64,000 nt of DNA from Microcystaceae cyanobacterium (GTDB taxonomy: Bacteria; Cyanobacteriota; Cyanobacteriia; Cyanobacteriales; Microcystaceae), in assembly GCA_041746575.1 (NCBI GenBank), contig JBGTGT010000084.1:1-64000 (forward strand), in the 5' to 3' direction. The notes beneath the pieces are model-generated. The model did no database searches. It had not been told where the DNA came from and saw nothing but the letters and a program-made list of their open reading frames with translations. This document shows, in pieces, positions 1-10,849 of the stretch. The translations under genes and the position numbers were made by a program. Position 1 is the stretch's first letter; every line of letters begins with the position of its first letter.

Positions 1-108
1 TCCCTCAATTTTCTGGAATTCGAGCAGTTCTCTATCTTCAGTTTCACTCAAATGCACTTTTAAGGGGGCTGGCAAAATCTAAATCTTCCTCCTTATACTC
101 CACTACGC
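1..108 (-). mobile_element. Left end and transposase N-terminus of an IS630-like element (truncated by window edge)
   Basis: The minus strand from TTG at 75 reads MPAPLKVHLSETEDRELLEFQKIEG, resembling the N-terminus of cyanobacterial IS630-type HTH transposases. An AAGGAGG SD lies at 94-88. The element appears to begin at the TA of the cheW TAG stop. Confidence 0.55.
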
Positions 109-548
109 TATTTTACAACTATTTTTGCCCACCTACTTAAGTGATCTAAGTGAATGTATTGAATCATGCCTTGTTCATCATGAATCATGTCGCCTAAGTC
201 GGAAGTATTGATCGCTTGAAATTCTGCTGAGATAAAATCCTCTTCATTTTTGGCAATAGTATCTGTTACTTTTTCTGCCACTAATCCAAGAAGAGAAGAA
301 TTTTGCTCAAGGAAAGAATGATAAACTAAAATAATTCGCGTGCTTAACAAAGCTTGACAAGATTTTTGATGGATGAGTTGTCCTAAATCGATGACAGGAA
401 CAACTTTGCCGCCATAGTTAAAAATCCCCGCAATATGAGAAACTGACGACGAAACTTTTTTTAAATTAATGAGAGGAATAATTTCAATAACCTGAGAACT
501 ATCAATGGCATAGCGATCCGATCCTAAATGAAAAAGTAAGAGTAACAT
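108..548 (-). CDS. cheW: CheW-family chemotaxis adaptor (WspB-like)
   Basis: YAIDSSQVIEIIP...IAGIFNYGGKVVPVIDL...LGLVAEKV CheW pattern. Confidence 0.85.
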   Translation of the reverse strand: MLLLLFHLGSDRYAIDSSQVIEIIPLINLKKVSSSVSHIAGIFNYGGKVVPVIDLGQLIHQKSCQALLSTRIILVYHSFLEQNSSLLGLVAEKVTDTIAKNEEDFISAEFQAINTSDLGDMIHDEQGMIQYIHLDHLSRWAKIVVK

Positions 549-684
549 AAAGCGTCACTTGTCAATTAAGTTTAAACATAAAATAAGAGAAGGAGAATCT
601 ACTAGAAATGATTAAAGCAAAGGGTGTTTAATGGGTTAGAAAATTTCTATCGCCGACTCAATTAATGAGTAATTAATCATTTTT

Positions 685-1593
685 TTAACCATAGAAAAAT
701 TTTAAGGCGGTTTCTACACGTCGAGACCAAGATTCTTCGTTATGTTCCCCTGCCGGATCTTCGACCACGCATAAGTTATAATTTTCTTGATAACCAAACT
801 GATGAGTTAGTAAACCTTGCATTTCTTTGCCCCTCGCTGTAGTCCTTTCTTCGATAATGGCATTATGTTCCCCTCCTGATCGAACCAGTCCCCAATCTAA
901 ATAAATTTTAGGTTTTAATTGAGGGTGACTTAAGGTTTTATTGGACATTCCCATCAAGGCAGAAGTGTCTAATGAGCCAAAATAAGTATCGAAAAAGTCA
1001 AATTTAGACCGTTCAGTTACCAAATCTAATCCGACCCAAAAAGCAGGAGAGAGGGCGGCGATACCGCCAAATTTATCAGGGTATTTCATCGCTGTATAAA
1101 ATGCGGCTAATCCCCCATAAGATGCCCCTAAAATAAGTGTTTTGTGACTCTCTGGTAGGGTTCGATAGTGTTGATCTATAAACCCTTTAACGGATTGGGC
1201 TAAATAGGTTGAATAGTCGTCTAATCCACCCCAATCTTGTCCTTTAAGGGGGGCATGAGTGTATTCATAATCTCGGTGGAGGGGAGAGACTGCTACTACG
1301 ATCACTTTAGGAATACTTTGACTGACATATAAGCGAGTTAAAACATAAGCCATATTCCATGTTTTTTGATAAATTCCCCCTTTAAAAAAAGCCGTATTTC
1401 CATCATTCATGTAGATGACAGGATAAGCTTGATCAGTGACTTCGTATTCCCTCGGTAAAAAAACATGAATTTTGCGAGGTTGATTAAGGGGATCTGCTTC
1501 TTGAAAATAAGGATAGGAATGAAAAAAGCCACTCCAATCACTTTGATCGTGACACCAACCTTCTTGACCCCCTTTAAAAAATTGTTCTACCAT
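685..1593 (-). CDS. Alpha/beta-hydrolase, putative esterase family
   Basis: YPVIYMNDG, nucleophile elbow GASYGG, C-terminal GEHNEESW. Confidence 0.8.
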   Translation of the reverse strand: MVEQFFKGGQEGWCHDQSDWSGFFHSYPYFQEADPLNQPRKIHVFLPREYEVTDQAYPVIYMNDGNTAFFKGGIYQKTWNMAYVLTRLYVSQSIPKVIVVAVSPLHRDYEYTHAPLKGQDWGGLDDYSTYLAQSVKGFIDQHYRTLPESHKTLILGASYGGLAAFYTAMKYPDKFGGIAALSPAFWVGLDLVTERSKFDFFDTYFGSLDTSALMGMSNKTLSHPQLKPKIYLDWGLVRSGGEHNAIIEERTTARGKEMQGLLTHQFGYQENYNLCVVEDPAGEHNEESWSRRVETALKFFYG

Positions 1594-2145
1594 TTTCAGT
1601 GTTTAATCCATTATTATGCTAATTAAATTATCAGGCTATTTTTCCTGATTGTACTCTAAAAGCCGATTGAGTCCCTATTTTTAAATTGGGTTTAATCTCT
1701 CTTATCTATTGTTTGCTTTTTGTCTTCCCCTCTCAAGGAAACATTGGCGTCAAATTTCGTCTCATTATGATATCAAAGATTCTTAACCACTTGAGGTAAT
1801 GTAGCCATTTATCGTTAGTTTGTGGTAAGATACCGTCTAGCCTAGTTTGTGTTTTCAATCATTTTAAGTCCGTCTGATTGTGAGGGTGAAAAGCCGTCTG
1901 GTGAGTGGGATCAAGTATCCGACTCCAACATAAAGACCAGAAAAGTAGGTGACAACAGATCGAGAACCTTAGACAGATTGAAAAAAGAACCCTGCTATCG
2001 GTTGAAAATAGTCCCAACCGCTCAATAGCGATGGGATGGAGTGTGTTTCGTTCACCCAGTATCAATGACGCCCGTTAATTTGATGAAGTACTCGGTTTAA
2101 CGCGGTTTGTCTGAACAATATTCTGTTTGGTGAATGTCATTTTTT

Positions 2146-2155
2146 GTGTGAGGAG
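2146..2155 (+). promoter_or_regulatory. GTGTGAGGAG RBS complementary to the Yfr1 sRNA motif
   Basis: 10-nt perfect complement to part of ACUCCUCACAC, overlapping the glmM SD. Confidence 0.5.
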
Positions 2156-2164
2156 ACAGACATC

Positions 2165-3604
2165 ATGGTAACTTCCCTAGAGCGGAATGGCAGTTCTCGA
2201 TTGAGTTCATTTGCCTCCCCATTCGCTCAAAGAGCGATTTCTCTACCCCCCACCCCCCTTTTTGGGACGGATGGTATTAGAGGTAAAGCCGGTCAACTTT
2301 TAACAGCTCCCTTTGCGCTTCAATTGGGCTTTTGGGCGGGAATAGCTTTTAAATCTCTGGCAACGATGGGCAATATTGTAATTATCGGTCAAGATTCCCG
2401 CAATTCCAGTGATATGTTAAGCATGGCTATGGCAGCCGGTTTGAATGCGGCCGGTTTAGACGTTTGGCATTTAGGATTATGTCCAACCCCTTGTGTGGCT
2501 TATTTAACCCATCACACCGATGCCATTGGAGGAATCATGATTTCCGCCAGTCATAATCCGCCTGAAGATAACGGAATTAAGTTTTTCAACCAAAAAGGGC
2601 TTAAAATTTCCCCAAAAGAGGCACAACTAATTGAAGACGGACTCAGCGGTCAAACCCATGAGACAGAAGGGGAACAGTGGGGCAAAACCTACCATCATAC
2701 CGACTGCGTGCATCGCTATGGTCAGTTTCTCCAGTCAACCTTGCCCCAAAATAGCCATTTTCAAGGACTAAAAGTGGTGCTTGATTTAGCGTGGGGGGCA
2801 GCTGCTCAAATTGCGCCACAGGTCTTTCAATCTCTAGGAGCAGAGGTAATCTGCTTGCACGATCAACCCGATGGCGATCGCATCAATGTCAATTGTGGTT
2901 CAACCCATTTACAACCCCTAAAACAGTCCGTGGTAGAGCATCAAGCCCAGATTGGCTTTGCCTTCGATGGAGATGCGGATCGAGTAATAGCAGTGGATCG
3001 TCAAGGAAGAACAGTAGATGGGGATTATATTCTTTATTTTTGGGGAAAAGCACTAAAAGAAGCAGAAAAACTCCCGAATAATTTAATTATTGGTACAGTG
3101 ATGGCCAATTTGGGATTTGAAAGAGCGTGGCAACAATTAGGGGGAACTTTACAGAGAACCTCAGTCGGGGATCAACACGTTCAAGCGCAAATGTGGGAAA
3201 CGGGCGCCATGTTAGGGGGAGAACAATCAGGTCACATCCTCTGCCATCATCACAGTTATTCGGGAGATGGCCTACAAACGGCATTACATATTGCTGCCCT
3301 GTTACAACAAAACCAAAGTTGTTTAGCCAACCTCGTTAACCAGAGCTTTCAAACCTATCCGCAAATTTTGCGCAATATTCGAATCGAAGATGCCCATCGT
3401 CGCCGCTATTGGCAAGACTGCGACCTCGTACAAACAGCGATCGCCACTGCTGAGTCCGCCATGGGAACACAAGGCCGTATCCTCGTGCGACCTTCCGGTA
3501 CAGAACCCCTAATCCGCGTGATGGTGGAAGCCGCCAGTCAAGCTGAGGCTGATCATTGGAGCGATTATCTGGTTAAAGTCGTCGAAACGCATCTAGGGGG
3601 TTAA
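2165..3604 (+). CDS. glmM: Phosphoglucosamine mutase
   Basis: [28 protein letters not shown] and RPSGTEP motifs. Start moved to ATG 2165 behind AGGAG. Confidence 0.93.
   Translation: MVTSLERNGSSRLSSFASPFAQRAISLPPTPLFGTDGIRGKAGQLLTAPFALQLGFWAGIAFKSLATMGNIVIIGQDSRNSSDMLSMAMAAGLNAAGLDVWHLGLCPTPCVAYLTHHTDAIGGIMISASHNPPEDNGIKFFNQKGLKISPKEAQLIEDGLSGQTHETEGEQWGKTYHHTDCVHRYGQFLQSTLPQNSHFQGLKVVLDLAWGAAAQIAPQVFQSLGAEVICLHDQPDGDRINVNCGSTHLQPLKQSVVEHQAQIGFAFDGDADRVIAVDRQGRTVDGDYILYFWGKALKEAEKLPNNLIIGTVMANLGFERAWQQLGGTLQRTSVGDQHVQAQMWETGAMLGGEQSGHILCHHHSYSGDGLQTALHIAALLQQNQSCLANLVNQSFQTYPQILRNIRIEDAHRRRYWQDCDLVQTAIATAESAMGTQGRILVRPSGTEPLIRVMVEAASQAEADHWSDYLVKVVETHLGG
2874..2881. repeat. HIP1 octamer GCGATCGC (representative; about 25 copies counted by eye up to about 56.6 kb)
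   Basis: Further copies near 3437, 30533, 35193, 37093, 41241, 45961 and 56603. HIP1 is a cyanobacterial hallmark. Confidence 0.9.
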
Positions 3605-3660
3605 GATAGGGGGTGACGTTGATCCCGTTGATCTTTATTTACTGCTTATCTACGATCTAA

Positions 3661-5403
3661 ATGGTACGAGCCCAGTCCCCCTCCGTTGATGCCAAACAAC
3701 AGCAACAAGAAAGACTTGCCCAAAAGCGTCGAGCCAAAGCGGAGCGATCCCAACTGATCACACGCCTATTCTTTGGCTTATTTGGGGCGATTGTTTTTGG
3801 TGTTCCCGCCATCCTGACGCTTGGCATCAAGGTTGGCCTTGGGGTGGGTTTACTATTTCCGATTATACTTCTCTGTTACTGCTATCCTCGTACTGCTTTG
3901 TGGGTCTTTTTGATCTATATGCCCTTTAGTGGAACAGTCACCTATTGGATTGGAGGCGGAGGGGCTGTGTTTCAATTGGCAAAAGACGCCTTCTACTTTC
4001 CTGCCTTATTGGGTTTAATACAAGAGTGCAAACGCAAAGGAAAGGCGATTGTGGTGTCTAAGCCCCTACTGTTCAGCTTTCTTTTTTTAGTTACCGCTAG
4101 TTTACTGACGCTTTTCATTGTTAATGGTTCTAAGCAGTTCTTTTTGCCAGCCTGTAGCTCAATTGATTCTTACAACAGATTACTACGGGATGCCAATGGT
4201 GAACTTTTGCTAGCCCCCAATGGCTTGGTGATTCCCCGCCCCTGTCGGGACGATGAGGTTCAGCCGTTCTTACAAGGATTAATTGGATTGAAGGTATTAC
4301 TGGGCTATATACCCCTCATTTTTGCTGCCTACTATTTGATTAAAGATAGAAAAACCCTGATCTTTTTAGGTCGCTTATTATTAACTTTAGCAATTATTTG
4401 TTGTGTACTGGGGATCATCCAATATGGATTCCTTAAAACTGGGCGTTGCAAAGGAACCGTTGCAGAAGGGGGATACTTATTTAAAGCGAGCCTGCAATCT
4501 AAATGTTTTGTCGGGGGATCTTTGCTTTATACTCCTTCTCAAAACCAAATTCGTCTACCGGGAACATTTGTCTCTCCATGGCATTGGGGCTGGTTTTTAG
4601 TGGCTAACAGTGCCATTTGTTTTTCAGTTGCCTTTAGTGATCCCTCCCTTCTCTGGCGGGGACTGGGATTAGCAGGAATGTCATTGGTATTTATTAATGG
4701 GGTTATTTGTGGCCAACGATTGGCTTTTTTAGGCGTTCCCGCCTTTTTTATCATTCAACTCATTTTGACCGGTCAAGCCTTTCGACTGAAACGTCTAATC
4801 CCTGTGGTGGGAGGTTTGGGAATTCTGGTATTAGTGGGCTTTTCCTTCTTTAATCCGGATTTTATTCAGCAACGAGTCGATAGCTTTGTTGATCGTTGGA
4901 ATCGATCTCCTCCCTATGCGTTGGTGGTTGAGCAACTTAACTTTGCGATTGAAAACCAAAAAGGGTTTTTAGGATACGGTTTGGGAACAGCAACGAATTC
5001 AGCACGTATTTTTGGCGAAATTAGCTTAATCGAGACGTTTCACTCTAAATTACTCTTTGAAATGGGCTGGCTTGGTCTGACGGCTTTTATGGTTTTTATT
5101 ACTCATATTAATGTCATCACTTTTCGGAAATATGCTGCTTTGAAAGATCCTATTTTACGGAATTTTGCCGGTGGGTTTTGGGTTTTTCTGCTCGTTATTG
5201 GTTATATGCCTTATTGGTATCCGCTAGATACTGATCCGGTCTGTGTTTATTATTGGTTATTTGTAGGCATTTTGCTTAAATTGCCGCTTATTGACCGAGA
5301 AGAAGCGGATAAAAAACAATTATTGTCCGAAAATAGAGGGGAGACTGATGAGCAAGTCCATCAGAAAAAACCAAGGGGACGTAAGGGATGGTCAATCGCT
5401 TAA
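3661..5403 (+). CDS. hpsL: HpsL-like polysaccharide biosynthesis membrane protein (O-antigen ligase/polymerase-like)
   Basis: Many TM segments; RLPGTFVSPWHWGWF, GYGLGTATN, ETFHSKLLFEMG and YPLDTDPV motifs. Confidence 0.7.
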   Translation: MVRAQSPSVDAKQQQQERLAQKRRAKAERSQLITRLFFGLFGAIVFGVPAILTLGIKVGLGVGLLFPIILLCYCYPRTALWVFLIYMPFSGTVTYWIGGGGAVFQLAKDAFYFPALLGLIQECKRKGKAIVVSKPLLFSFLFLVTASLLTLFIVNGSKQFFLPACSSIDSYNRLLRDANGELLLAPNGLVIPRPCRDDEVQPFLQGLIGLKVLLGYIPLIFAAYYLIKDRKTLIFLGRLLLTLAIICCVLGIIQYGFLKTGRCKGTVAEGGYLFKASLQSKCFVGGSLLYTPSQNQIRLPGTFVSPWHWGWFLVANSAICFSVAFSDPSLLWRGLGLAGMSLVFINGVICGQRLAFLGVPAFFIIQLILTGQAFRLKRLIPVVGGLGILVLVGFSFFNPDFIQQRVDSFVDRWNRSPPYALVVEQLNFAIENQKGFLGYGLGTATNSARIFGEISLIETFHSKLLFEMGWLGLTAFMVFITHINVITFRKYAALKDPILRNFAGGFWVFLLVIGYMPYWYPLDTDPVCVYYWLFVGILLKLPLIDREEADKKQLLSENRGETDEQVHQKKPRGRKGWSIA

Positions 5404-5414
5404 CCAAAAAAACA

Positions 5415-5927
5415 ATGAGATTAGCAACGAAAATTGAAGCCATTCTTTACTTGAAAGGTCAAGCGGTTTCATTAACGGAAATTGCCCAATTAGCGAATGA
5501 TGATCTGGCAACGGTAGGGGATGCTCTGATTGAGTTAATGAATGATTATGCCCATCGCGATAGTGCCTTAGAAGTGATTGAAACGGCTAATGGTTATTGT
5601 CTGCAATTGCGGGAAACCTTTCAACATCTCATTGATAGTCTCGTTCCCGCAGAATTAGGCACCGGAACACTCAGAACCTTAGCCGCGATCGCTCTCAAAA
5701 ATCCCCTTTTACAAACCGAGTTAATCGAGTTAAGAGGTAGTGGAGCTTATCAACACGTTCAAGAGTTAGTTTCGGCGGGATTTGTCCGTAAACGCCGTCC
5801 AAGTGAGGGGCGGTCTTTTTGGCTAGAAGTCACCGAAAAGTTTCATCAGTATTTTGAAATTGATCCCCTCAACCATGATAGGATTATCACCGCTTTTCAA
5901 AGAGAAAAACCGAAAAATGGGGAATAA
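5415..5927 (+). CDS. scpB: SMC-Scp complex subunit ScpB
   Basis: KIEAILY...LRTLAAIA...LIELRG...TEKFHQYF; probable ATG at 5415. Confidence 0.9.
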   Translation: MRLATKIEAILYLKGQAVSLTEIAQLANDDLATVGDALIELMNDYAHRDSALEVIETANGYCLQLRETFQHLIDSLVPAELGTGTLRTLAAIALKNPLLQTELIELRGSGAYQHVQELVSAGFVRKRRPSEGRSFWLEVTEKFHQYFEIDPLNHDRIITAFQREKPKNGE

Positions 5928-5970
5928 TTAAGCGTAAATCCCTATTTTTTTGAAAAACTCACCCCTAATT

Positions 5971-6519
5971 TTAAACGGTGGTAATTTCTTTCTCTTTGGT
6001 GGCTAGCATCTGATCGACCTTCTCGGTGTACTTATCCGTAACCTTTTGAAGATCATCTTGCAAACTGCGAGATTCATCTTCAGAAACATCATGATTTTTC
6101 TCCTGTTTGCGCACTGCATCAATGGCATCCCGTCGAATATTTCTCAAGGCAACTTTGCCTTCTTCGGCCAATTTTCCCACGACTTTAACTAATTCTTTCC
6201 GTCTTTCTTCTGTTAGAGGCGGAATATTTAAACGAATAATTCTGCCGTCATTATTGGGAGTTAAGCCTACATCAGACAAAGAAATTGCCTTTTCGATAGC
6301 CGCCATGCTACTGACATCATAAGGTTGAATTGTAATGGTGGTTGCGTCTGGCGTGGTAATATTCGCCAAAGACTTAAGCGGCGTTTCGCTGCCATAATAA
6401 TCTACCATCACCCGATCTAAAAGAGACGCGCTGGCGCGGCCGGTACGAACCGTATTGAAAGACCGTTGAGTCGCTTCAATGGTCTTTTGCATATTTTCTT
6501 CAGCTTCAGCTAACTTCAC
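5971..6519 (-). CDS. frr: Ribosome recycling factor
   Basis: [26 protein letters not shown]; directly downstream of pyrH. Confidence 0.97.
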   Translation of the reverse strand: MKLAEAEENMQKTIEATQRSFNTVRTGRASASLLDRVMVDYYGSETPLKSLANITTPDATTITIQPYDVSSMAAIEKAISLSDVGLTPNNDGRIIRLNIPPLTEERRKELVKVVGKLAEEGKVALRNIRRDAIDAVRKQEKNHDVSEDESRSLQDDLQKVTDKYTEKVDQMLATKEKEITTV

Positions 6520-7228
6520 AGAAACCTCCTACAATAGTACCCACCGGTTCGCCTTGAATCGCCCGCAGGATATTCCCTCGAACCGATAGATCAAAAACCA
6601 TAATGGGAATGTTGTTTTCTTTGCATAGTGCGATCGCTGTGCCATCCATAACCCGCAGATCGTGGGTTAGCACATGACCATAGGTGAGACTTTGATAGCG
6701 ACGGGCTTGCGGATTGACCGTTGGATCAGAATCGTAGATACCATCTACTTTTGTCGCTTTAAAAACCACTTCAGCTTCGATTTCGGCTGCTCTGAGGGCG
6801 GCTGTTGTATCTGTGGTAAAAAAGGGATTTCCTGATCCTGCCCCAAAAATGACGACCCGTCCTTTTTCTAAATGGCGAATGGCGCGACGACGGATATAGG
6901 GTTCAGCCACTTCCTGCATGGCAATGGCGGTTAAAACCCGCGTGGGAATATTCATCTGTTCTAGCGCATCTTGCAAGGTCATGGCATTCATCACCGTTGC
7001 AATCATGCCAATGTAATCGGCCGTCGCCCGATCCATTCCCGCCGAAGCTCCTTTAACGCCTCGGAAGATATTACCGCCACCGACGACAATAGCGAGTTGA
7101 ATCCCATGTTGTACCACATCGGTCACTTCTTGAGCGATCTCTGTAACAACTTTGGGATCAATCCCGTAGCCTAAGTCCCCCATCAGGGCTTCACCGCTTA
7201 ATTTCAATAATACTCGGTGGTAGGTCAT
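6506..7228 (-). CDS. pyrH: UMP kinase
   Basis: [25 protein letters not shown]; start moved to ATG 7228 (MTYHRV). Confidence 0.96.
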   Translation of the reverse strand: MTYHRVLLKLSGEALMGDLGYGIDPKVVTEIAQEVTDVVQHGIQLAIVVGGGNIFRGVKGASAGMDRATADYIGMIATVMNAMTLQDALEQMNIPTRVLTAIAMQEVAEPYIRRRAIRHLEKGRVVIFGAGSGNPFFTTDTTAALRAAEIEAEVVFKATKVDGIYDSDPTVNPQARRYQSLTYGHVLTHDLRVMDGTAIALCKENNIPIMVFDLSVRGNILRAIQGEPVGTIVGGFCEVS

Positions 7229-7392
7229 GATTTCCCATTTTTGAGTGATCTTCCCCCTTAAGATATCAGGTTTTGTTCCCTCTGCATGAGATTTTTCCAA
7301 GAAGACAGAAGACAGGCGGAAATTTTGAAATCGGCCGCTCAAATGCCCAACCGATTTACCGAAATCTACAGCATTAACCGGTCTGTCCCGTT

Positions 7393-8304
7393 TCACTGAA
7401 GGCTTTTAATTTCATCTTGCACGGCTTGATAATCGTGATTGAGGGGAATGAGTAAAACTTTGGGGAGTTGATTCTCTTTTTGTTTAGCCATTTCAAAATA
7501 GGTAAAAGATTCTTTTAAGAGTTTGAGTTTCGTTGGTTCTGTATTGGCCATTCCTATCGCTTTACGACGAATAATTTGCCCTTTTAAATATTGAACTTCT
7601 GGATTTTTGGGGGTGGCTTTGAGGGCTTTATCCATAAAGGCGATCGCTTTGTCATAATTCTTTAAATCTCGATAAGCGGTGGCAATCGCCCGATCTACCA
7701 TGTACTGAGGGGCGGCATATCTTTCAAATTTATCGATAGCTTGTTCGGGACTGGCAAAGGGTAAATTCACCGCTAACATAAGGTCTAAGTACCCTTTTAG
7801 TAAGTTAAACTCAGGATCATTGGGAGCAATTTTTTCGGCCGTTTCGACATAGGATAAGACTTGTTGTAATTTTTGAACTGCCGCTAGGGGGCCTTGCTTT
7901 TTAAAAATGTAACCCCCTTCTAAAAAATGACCGACTGCTAAATACAAGTTTCCTCTTAAGTTATCTTCTGATTTTAATTGAGCGGCCACTTTTTGTGTTT
8001 TTAGAGCATATTTTTGCATCGCCTCAAAATCTTCTTCGGCATAGGCCATAGACGCCTGCATCGCATAGACTAAAGGTTCATTGGGTTCGGTTTGTTGGGC
8101 TTTTTCTAAATAGGTTTTGGCTGTATTGTAGTCACCTTCTTGAAAAATGGCATCAAAAGCTTCTTCTGTGTTGTCTCCAATCGGGCGAGGATTATTAGAA
8201 CGGAAGGGATCACCAGCTAGGGCTATATTTCCCCACAAATTAATCATCAAAAAGAAAGAAGAGACAATAGTCCAGTGTTTTCCCCAATTGAGTCTTAAAG
8301 GCAT
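7393..8304 (-). CDS. Exported TPR-repeat protein (Sll0314-like)
   Basis: Signal peptide ending [11 protein letters not shown] helices ([28 protein letters not shown]). Confidence 0.7.
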   Translation of the reverse strand: MPLRLNWGKHWTIVSSFFLMINLWGNIALAGDPFRSNNPRPIGDNTEEAFDAIFQEGDYNTAKTYLEKAQQTEPNEPLVYAMQASMAYAEEDFEAMQKYALKTQKVAAQLKSEDNLRGNLYLAVGHFLEGGYIFKKQGPLAAVQKLQQVLSYVETAEKIAPNDPEFNLLKGYLDLMLAVNLPFASPEQAIDKFERYAAPQYMVDRAIATAYRDLKNYDKAIAFMDKALKATPKNPEVQYLKGQIIRRKAIGMANTEPTKLKLLKESFTYFEMAKQKENQLPKVLLIPLNHDYQAVQDEIKSLQ

Positions 8305-8557
8305 CGCTCTATCTCCTCCGTGAATAGTGAGTCGTCAGTGATTAATCGTTATTGTAAATTGTAACCGTTGTTCCGTTGACTGTGTAAACAAGGGAGCTAA
8401 GCTGTCACAATAGATAAACGGGGGCTTGACACCAAGAGAATAAAGTAAAAACATGAGGCACGTTTTTGATTAAACGGGATCAGACCTAATTTTCTCTTTT
8501 ATAAGCCGGATTTAGAAATGAGAGGAGATATAAGCAGTTTAAAGGCACCACCCTTTA

Positions 8558-9469
8558 TCAATATCCTACTAACGGAATCCATTCAAATCCGTTTAAAATG
8601 CCTTGATAATAGTCATTCATCGTTTCCCGTGGATAAGGGGTTACGCCTTTTTCTCCGAACCATTTTTCGTAAATCGCCACCGCTTCGGGATCATCGGTGA
8701 CCACTCCCTGCATATACTGAATTAAACTATAATTAACAACATTTCGCCAACTTGATTCATCTTCAGGGATAATACAAGCATAAGCTTCATATTGATAGGG
8801 AAATTCGGGAACTACTTCTAACTCAGCCGGATTGTTCGATTCTCGTTTTAGTCCTTCTAGAAGGATACCGTCACTGGCAAAACCATCAATTTCACCCTGT
8901 TGCAGTTTTTGTAATCCTTCAATCCGATCTTTAACCATAACTAATTGGGCGGCAGGTTGTTGCTCTTTAATAATCTTTTCATTCGTGGTTTTGGGAATCA
9001 CGCCAATGCGTTTGCCGGCTAAGGTTTCTACTGAAGTGATCCCACTGTCTTTTTTGACTAATAATTGCGTTCCACTCGCAAAATAACTAATCGTAAAATC
9101 AACCGTTTTATCCCGTTCCCATGTAAAGGTGGTTGAGGCACATTCAATATCAATTTCTTTACTTTGAATTTTACTAAAACGGTTTTGCGGCGTGACTTCT
9201 ACCAATTGTAATTTAATGGGTTGATCCAGTTCTTTTTCGACATCTTGACGGATTTTTTCGAGGATATCGAGAGAATACCCTACCCACTGTCCTTGGTCGT
9301 TAACATAGCCAAAGGGAATGGCATCTTTACGCGCACCGGCAGTTATCGTTCCTGTTTGTTTAATTCTATCTAAGATTTGACCTGCCCAACTGGGGGCTTG
9401 TGCCGTTGCACTCAATAATAGAGATAATCCTAAGAGGATTAGTCTTTTATCCATCGTTTCCTCACTCAA
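8558..9469 (-). CDS. Amino-acid ABC transporter substrate-binding protein (family 3, orphan)
   Basis: Signal peptide; DAIPFGY, DIECASTTFTWERDKTVDF, FASDGILL. Confidence 0.85.
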   Translation of the reverse strand: MSEETMDKRLILLGLSLLLSATAQAPSWAGQILDRIKQTGTITAGARKDAIPFGYVNDQGQWVGYSLDILEKIRQDVEKELDQPIKLQLVEVTPQNRFSKIQSKEIDIECASTTFTWERDKTVDFTISYFASGTQLLVKKDSGITSVETLAGKRIGVIPKTTNEKIIKEQQPAAQLVMVKDRIEGLQKLQQGEIDGFASDGILLEGLKRESNNPAELEVVPEFPYQYEAYACIIPEDESSWRNVVNYSLIQYMQGVVTDDPEAVAIYEKWFGEKGVTPYPRETMNDYYQGILNGFEWIPLVGY

Positions 9470-9681
9470 TTTAGATTCCCTTGTTTAGACTTCTAAAAGA
9501 GTCAACAAGTTTCACGGTTCAACAGGGAATTTTGGAGATATATTTTTGCTGTGTAATAAAAATAGCGATCGCCCTAGTCTTTTCCTTAAGACTCCTCATA
9601 AGAAGCGAAAAATAAATCGAATAATTAATTTTGCCAAAAAAATAAAAGTGTGTTATATTTGTCTTTGTTTTTAAGTTTTTA

Positions 9682-10623
9682 TTGAAATCTATTGACACAG
9701 GAGTTTATATGAAACTAGAAAAAATCGTGAGTAAAATATTGCTTAAACTTACGAGTAATCCTTATCGTTTACTGGATAATTTATATATTTCACTAGATAA
9801 AAAACAGATTCGCAGAACCAGAAATATTAGTCTGATTCCCCACGAAAATAATCGCAAAGGGGGTAAGCGTTCTTACGCAGAATGGGCTCATGTTATCGGT
9901 ATTTTTCAGACTTTAATGTTTCTCCATTTACAGAATAAAGAAAACAATATTATCTTGGATATAGGATGTGGAACGGGTTTATTAGGCATAGCGAGTGAAC
10001 CCTTTTTAGGAAAAGATGGAAAATATATCGGAATTGACGTCGGGAAGGAAGCAATTGAATTTTGTCGTAGCCACTATCTTTCTCCTCCTCCTCCTCCTCC
10101 TCCTCCTCCTCCTCCTCCTCATTTCGAGTTTATCCATTTCGATATCGCTAATGCGGCTTATTCTCCCACTCAGAAAGATGTTAAGGTAAAATGGCCAATC
10201 GAAAGTGAAAGTGTTGACTTAGCGACAGCTTTGTCTGTATGGACTCATCTCAAAGAAGAAGATGCTTTATTCTATTTCCAAGAGATCAGTCGCGTTCTTA
10301 AACCCAATGGTAAAGCTATCATTACATTTTTTGTATTAGATGAAGCCTATAGAAATAGCCTTGAAATCAGATCAAAACAAGCCGGTAGATTTCACCTGAC
10401 GCCGCAGAATCAATGGATTTTTGATCAACCTTCCTATGGCTCGCAGATGTGGTTTCATCCGAAATGGGTGCGAGTGCCTGAAAATGCTATCGGCGTAAAT
10501 GAGGCAGGTCTTGAGCGACTCATTGAAAATGCTGGCATGAAACGCATTGAATATTATTCAGGAAACTGGAAAGAAATTCCCGGTATCTACTTCCAAGATG
10601 TACTCGTTTTTCAAAAAGTCTGA
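9682..10623 (+). CDS. Class I SAM-dependent methyltransferase with poly-Pro insertion
   Basis: ILDIGCGTG motif I, YIGIDV, SVWTHL, RVLKPNG; start may be ATG 9709. Confidence 0.8.
   Translation: MKSIDTGVYMKLEKIVSKILLKLTSNPYRLLDNLYISLDKKQIRRTRNISLIPHENNRKGGKRSYAEWAHVIGIFQTLMFLHLQNKENNIILDIGCGTGLLGIASEPFLGKDGKYIGIDVGKEAIEFCRSHYLSPPPPPPPPPPPPHFEFIHFDIANAAYSPTQKDVKVKWPIESESVDLATALSVWTHLKEEDALFYFQEISRVLKPNGKAIITFFVLDEAYRNSLEIRSKQAGRFHLTPQNQWIFDQPSYGSQMWFHPKWVRVPENAIGVNEAGLERLIENAGMKRIEYYSGNWKEIPGIYFQDVLVFQKV
10084..10119 (+). repeat. (CCT)12 trinucleotide microsatellite
   Basis: Perfect in-frame repeat encoding 12 prolines. Confidence 0.95.
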
Positions 10624-10715
10624 TTACTAATAAAGGGTTTATTTAAACCTGTAGGGTGTAACAACTGTTACTCTTTTGCGTTTTTTAAATTTGATTGTAA
10701 AAACCAGTTTTATGG

Positions 10716-10796
10716 AAAAAAAGAAGAGCCTTCGGGAGTCTTGCCGTGTTTCGACCCTAAAGGTTCTTCTTTCATCACTCTTACTCCTCACACACA
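10716..10796 (-). ncRNA. yfr2: Yfr2-family small RNA
   Basis: Minus strand reads 5' GUGUGUGAGGAGU, then a long stem (AAAGAAGAACCUU/AAGGCUCUUCUUU, GGGUC/GACUC) with a 12-nt loop GAAACACGGCAA, then a U-run. A -10 TAACCT lies at 10807-10802. Confidence 0.7.
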
Positions 10797-10849
10797 ACTA
10801 TAGGTTACTAGAGGAAACGAGATAAAGGTTTGACTCTTGTGCCACTTTC

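Noticed and set aside
1859..2065. 68-aa minus-strand ORF
   Set aside because: It has a TTG start, no motif, and is antisense to the probable glmM leader.
7229..7396. N-terminal extensions in the ORF track (pyrH; likewise uvrB, hpsN, ComFB, dapF, typA)
   Set aside because: They are longest-ORF artefacts; family similarity starts at downstream ATGs.
10657..10671. NtcA-like TGTA-N8-TAC site
   Set aside because: It lies between convergent 3' ends inside a hairpin, with no gene start to regulate.
10783..10793. ACTCCTCACAC on the plus strand read as the Yfr1 gene
   Set aside because: There is no second hairpin or terminator 3' of the motif. The loop sequence, U-run and -10 all fit a minus-strand Yfr2-like RNA.
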